A DNA stretch of 35,448 nucleotides from the NCBI GenBank assembly GCA_041736305.1, contig JBGSTX010000164.1, positions 1 through 35,448 on the forward strand. The letters run 5' to 3'. This document shows positions 33,905 to 35,448 of the stretch, in pieces. The position numbers were made by a program, and so were the translations under genes. Under the pieces are notes generated by a model. The model saw only the letters and a list, made by a program, of their open reading frames with translations. It was not told the DNA's origin and made no database searches. The stretch comes from Oligoflexus sp. GTDB taxonomy: Bacteria; Bdellovibrionota_B; Oligoflexia; Oligoflexales; Oligoflexaceae. The stretch's first letter is position 1. Each line of letters begins with the position of its first letter.

Positions 33905-35323
33905 CTACGCACTTCGCTCACAATATTCCTGATTCATTGATACTTCCATCTTCTCTCGCAAGAATTTCTTGAAAGAAAGCGGGTCTTTCTTGCTCCAAAA
34001 ATATTCCAAATACGCTTTCTTCAAGGCTTCCGAGGTTACGGCTTCGCTAGGAGCGAGATCTTTCCTGATTGTCCTCATCCAGCCGCCGAAAGATTGCCAA
34101 ACCAAGTCAGTTTTCGTTATCGCGAGGTAATCGAGAAGTCCTTGAGCGATAGCGGCTAGGTTGACGAATACATGGTAAGCGTGCATCTTTTCTCGGACCT
34201 TAGCTCGGTATTCTTCTGTCGCTCTATGGAGATATTGGGGTCCGGTTCCTCTCGTGATTTTTGTCATGGCCTTCATCCAGAAGTGATAACCGAAGCCTCC
34301 GACTGTGTGAACAAAGGCTTTGAAAGACAGTTCGATTCCAAACCTCGCATTATAAAGCCGAATAGCCTCCGAGGGAGAAAGTTCCCAGTCATTTGTCATG
34401 AATATACATCTGCCGCGGGTAGGATGGTCGCTGAGGATAAATCGAACTTTTCCTTGGATCTGCCTCCACATCAAATCTATGACATAATACCTTATTTTTA
34501 AGTGTCCTTCGTCCCGAATGGGACTCTGAATTTCGATGAAATCGTTATATCTATTCTCGAATAGATTCCATATTTTTAGTTTCTTGCCGTATTTCTTGGG
34601 GCGGCCGCGTCCCTGCTTTTTCCCGTCTGGGATCGGATAATATCCAACGACGTTGTGCTTAACCCTCACGAGCATTGTCGCACCATGGGCGATCATTGAA
34701 CTGAAGAGTTTGGCTGAAGCGTAATAGGCGTCAGCCACCATGAGGAAGTTTTTCCCAGCTCCGTTCGTCATGTTATGAAACATTGCACTCATTTTATCAA
34801 GTAGGGTCCGTTCATCTCTATTTGAAAAGACGAGGCCCTCGTGAATGCGAGACCCTATCAATACCGATGTGATTTTTCCTCCCAAGCTTTCGACCATTAG
34901 GGCCAGCATCTGCATCGAATGCGCCATGACGAAGTCAGGCTTCGAATTGTTCGTCGAAGATTGGTGGGAAAGCTTAACAGAGGGCATTTTCCGACCCTCC
35001 TTGGGGGCTTTTATCCCGTCGCAAGCAAGGACAATGCGGCCATTGACTATCACTGGCGTGAATAGTCGCAGGCAAATTTTCAACCAAAGTTGGTTCAGAA
35101 CATCTAGTTTGACAGCTTGAGAGTGAAAGCTGTCAATCAGAGATTGATAGCAGTTGGGCCTGAGTCCGAACGCACGAATAAAACTTGTCACACCCGCAGA
35201 GTCGGATCGAACGCAAAATCCCAATACCGTCAAACATGCCCATTGAGCAGTCCTTAATCGAGAAAAAGCTGGTCTCAACTCAAAAAATGCTTGGATCAAA
35301 ATCGTGCAGAGATTAACATCCAT
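33905..35323 (-). CDS. DDE transposase (IS4 superfamily, IS701-like)
   Basis: LACDGIK, VADAYY, GRGRPKKYGKK and Y..R..IE..FK (YREK-like) motifs; intact 472 aa. Confidence 0.9.
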   Translation of the reverse strand: MDVNLCTILIQAFFELRPAFSRLRTAQWACLTVLGFCVRSDSAGVTSFIRAFGLRPNCYQSLIDSFHSQAVKLDVLNQLWLKICLRLFTPVIVNGRIVLACDGIKAPKEGRKMPSVKLSHQSSTNNSKPDFVMAHSMQMLALMVESLGGKITSVLIGSRIHEGLVFSNRDERTLLDKMSAMFHNMTNGAGKNFLMVADAYYASAKLFSSMIAHGATMLVRVKHNVVGYYPIPDGKKQGRGRPKKYGKKLKIWNLFENRYNDFIEIQSPIRDEGHLKIRYYVIDLMWRQIQGKVRFILSDHPTRGRCIFMTNDWELSPSEAIRLYNARFGIELSFKAFVHTVGGFGYHFWMKAMTKITRGTGPQYLHRATEEYRAKVREKMHAYHVFVNLAAIAQGLLDYLAITKTDLVWQSFGGWMRTIRKDLAPSEAVTSEALKKAYLEYFWSKKDPLSFKKFLREKMEVSMNQEYCERSA

Positions 35324-35409
35324 GTCGTAGCTCTGTGTTTTGGATTTGGTATTTTCTTGGTCGAAAACACTCTTAACCTTAATGCAGCGCTACTCAATTT
35401 ATAATTTTC

Positions 35410-35438
35410 AAAGAGCTGGCGATTCGCTGGCTTTTTTT
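35410..35438 (+). terminator. Intrinsic terminator-like hairpin, antisense to the transposase
   Basis: AAAGAGCTGGCG-ATT-CGCTGGC-TTTTTTT; the stem needs G-U pairs, so it forms only on the + strand. Confidence 0.45.
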
Positions 35439-35448
35439 ATGTAGTTAA

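Larger units (their letters stand above)
33885..35448 (-). mobile_element. Insertion sequence (IS4 superfamily / IS701-like); only one end is visible
   Basis: MrpD similarity stops abruptly at CTTGAGAGTCAGGAG (33885), 20 nt from the transposase stop codon. No matching inverted copy was found before the window end. Confidence 0.75.

Noticed and set aside
33885-33921. The 183-aa ORF 33370-33921 as an intact gene
   Set aside because: Its first 12 or so codons come from the IS end; it is a truncated mrpD.
35365-35378. ACACTCTTAAC as the second IS inverted repeat
   Set aside because: It matches GACTCTCAAG only weakly; the true end probably lies beyond the window.
1-35448. CRISPR arrays, tRNA/rRNA genes, phage or defence genes
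   Set aside because: No regularly spaced DNA repeats, RNA gene signatures or such protein motifs were seen by eye.

Overview
A 35.4 kb bacterial window of roughly 50% GC, tentatively Oligoflexia/Bdellovibrionota-like (inferred from protein style only), bounded by an IS3 fragment on the left and an IS4/IS701-like transposase on the right. In order it contains: a solute-binding protein coupled to a hybrid histidine kinase; yebC; an SPFH protein; a D-lactate-type dehydrogenase; a DabBA inorganic carbon pump; a partly decayed stress/envelope block with candidate sigma-54 promoters (OmpA lipoprotein, AsmA protein with a triplicated module, SodC, AI-2E, PRC-barrel, desaturase, and GT4/SDR/GH15 remnants); a CaCA antiporter; a respiratory cluster; yihY; and an IS-truncated mrpDEFG. 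The respiratory cluster is the most notable part: cytochrome c, Rieske protein, cytochrome b-c fusion, oxidase subunit II-c, subunit I-III fusion, a small membrane protein and CtaG. Its metal centres are largely intact but key mechanistic residues differ from the canonical ones. The Rieske box I reads CTDLGC (His to Asp), the Qo motif reads EEWW instead of PEWY, and the oxidase has HPDVY, a Gln in place of the K-channel Lys, and a rebuilt D-channel. All motif assignments were made by eye, without database searches.
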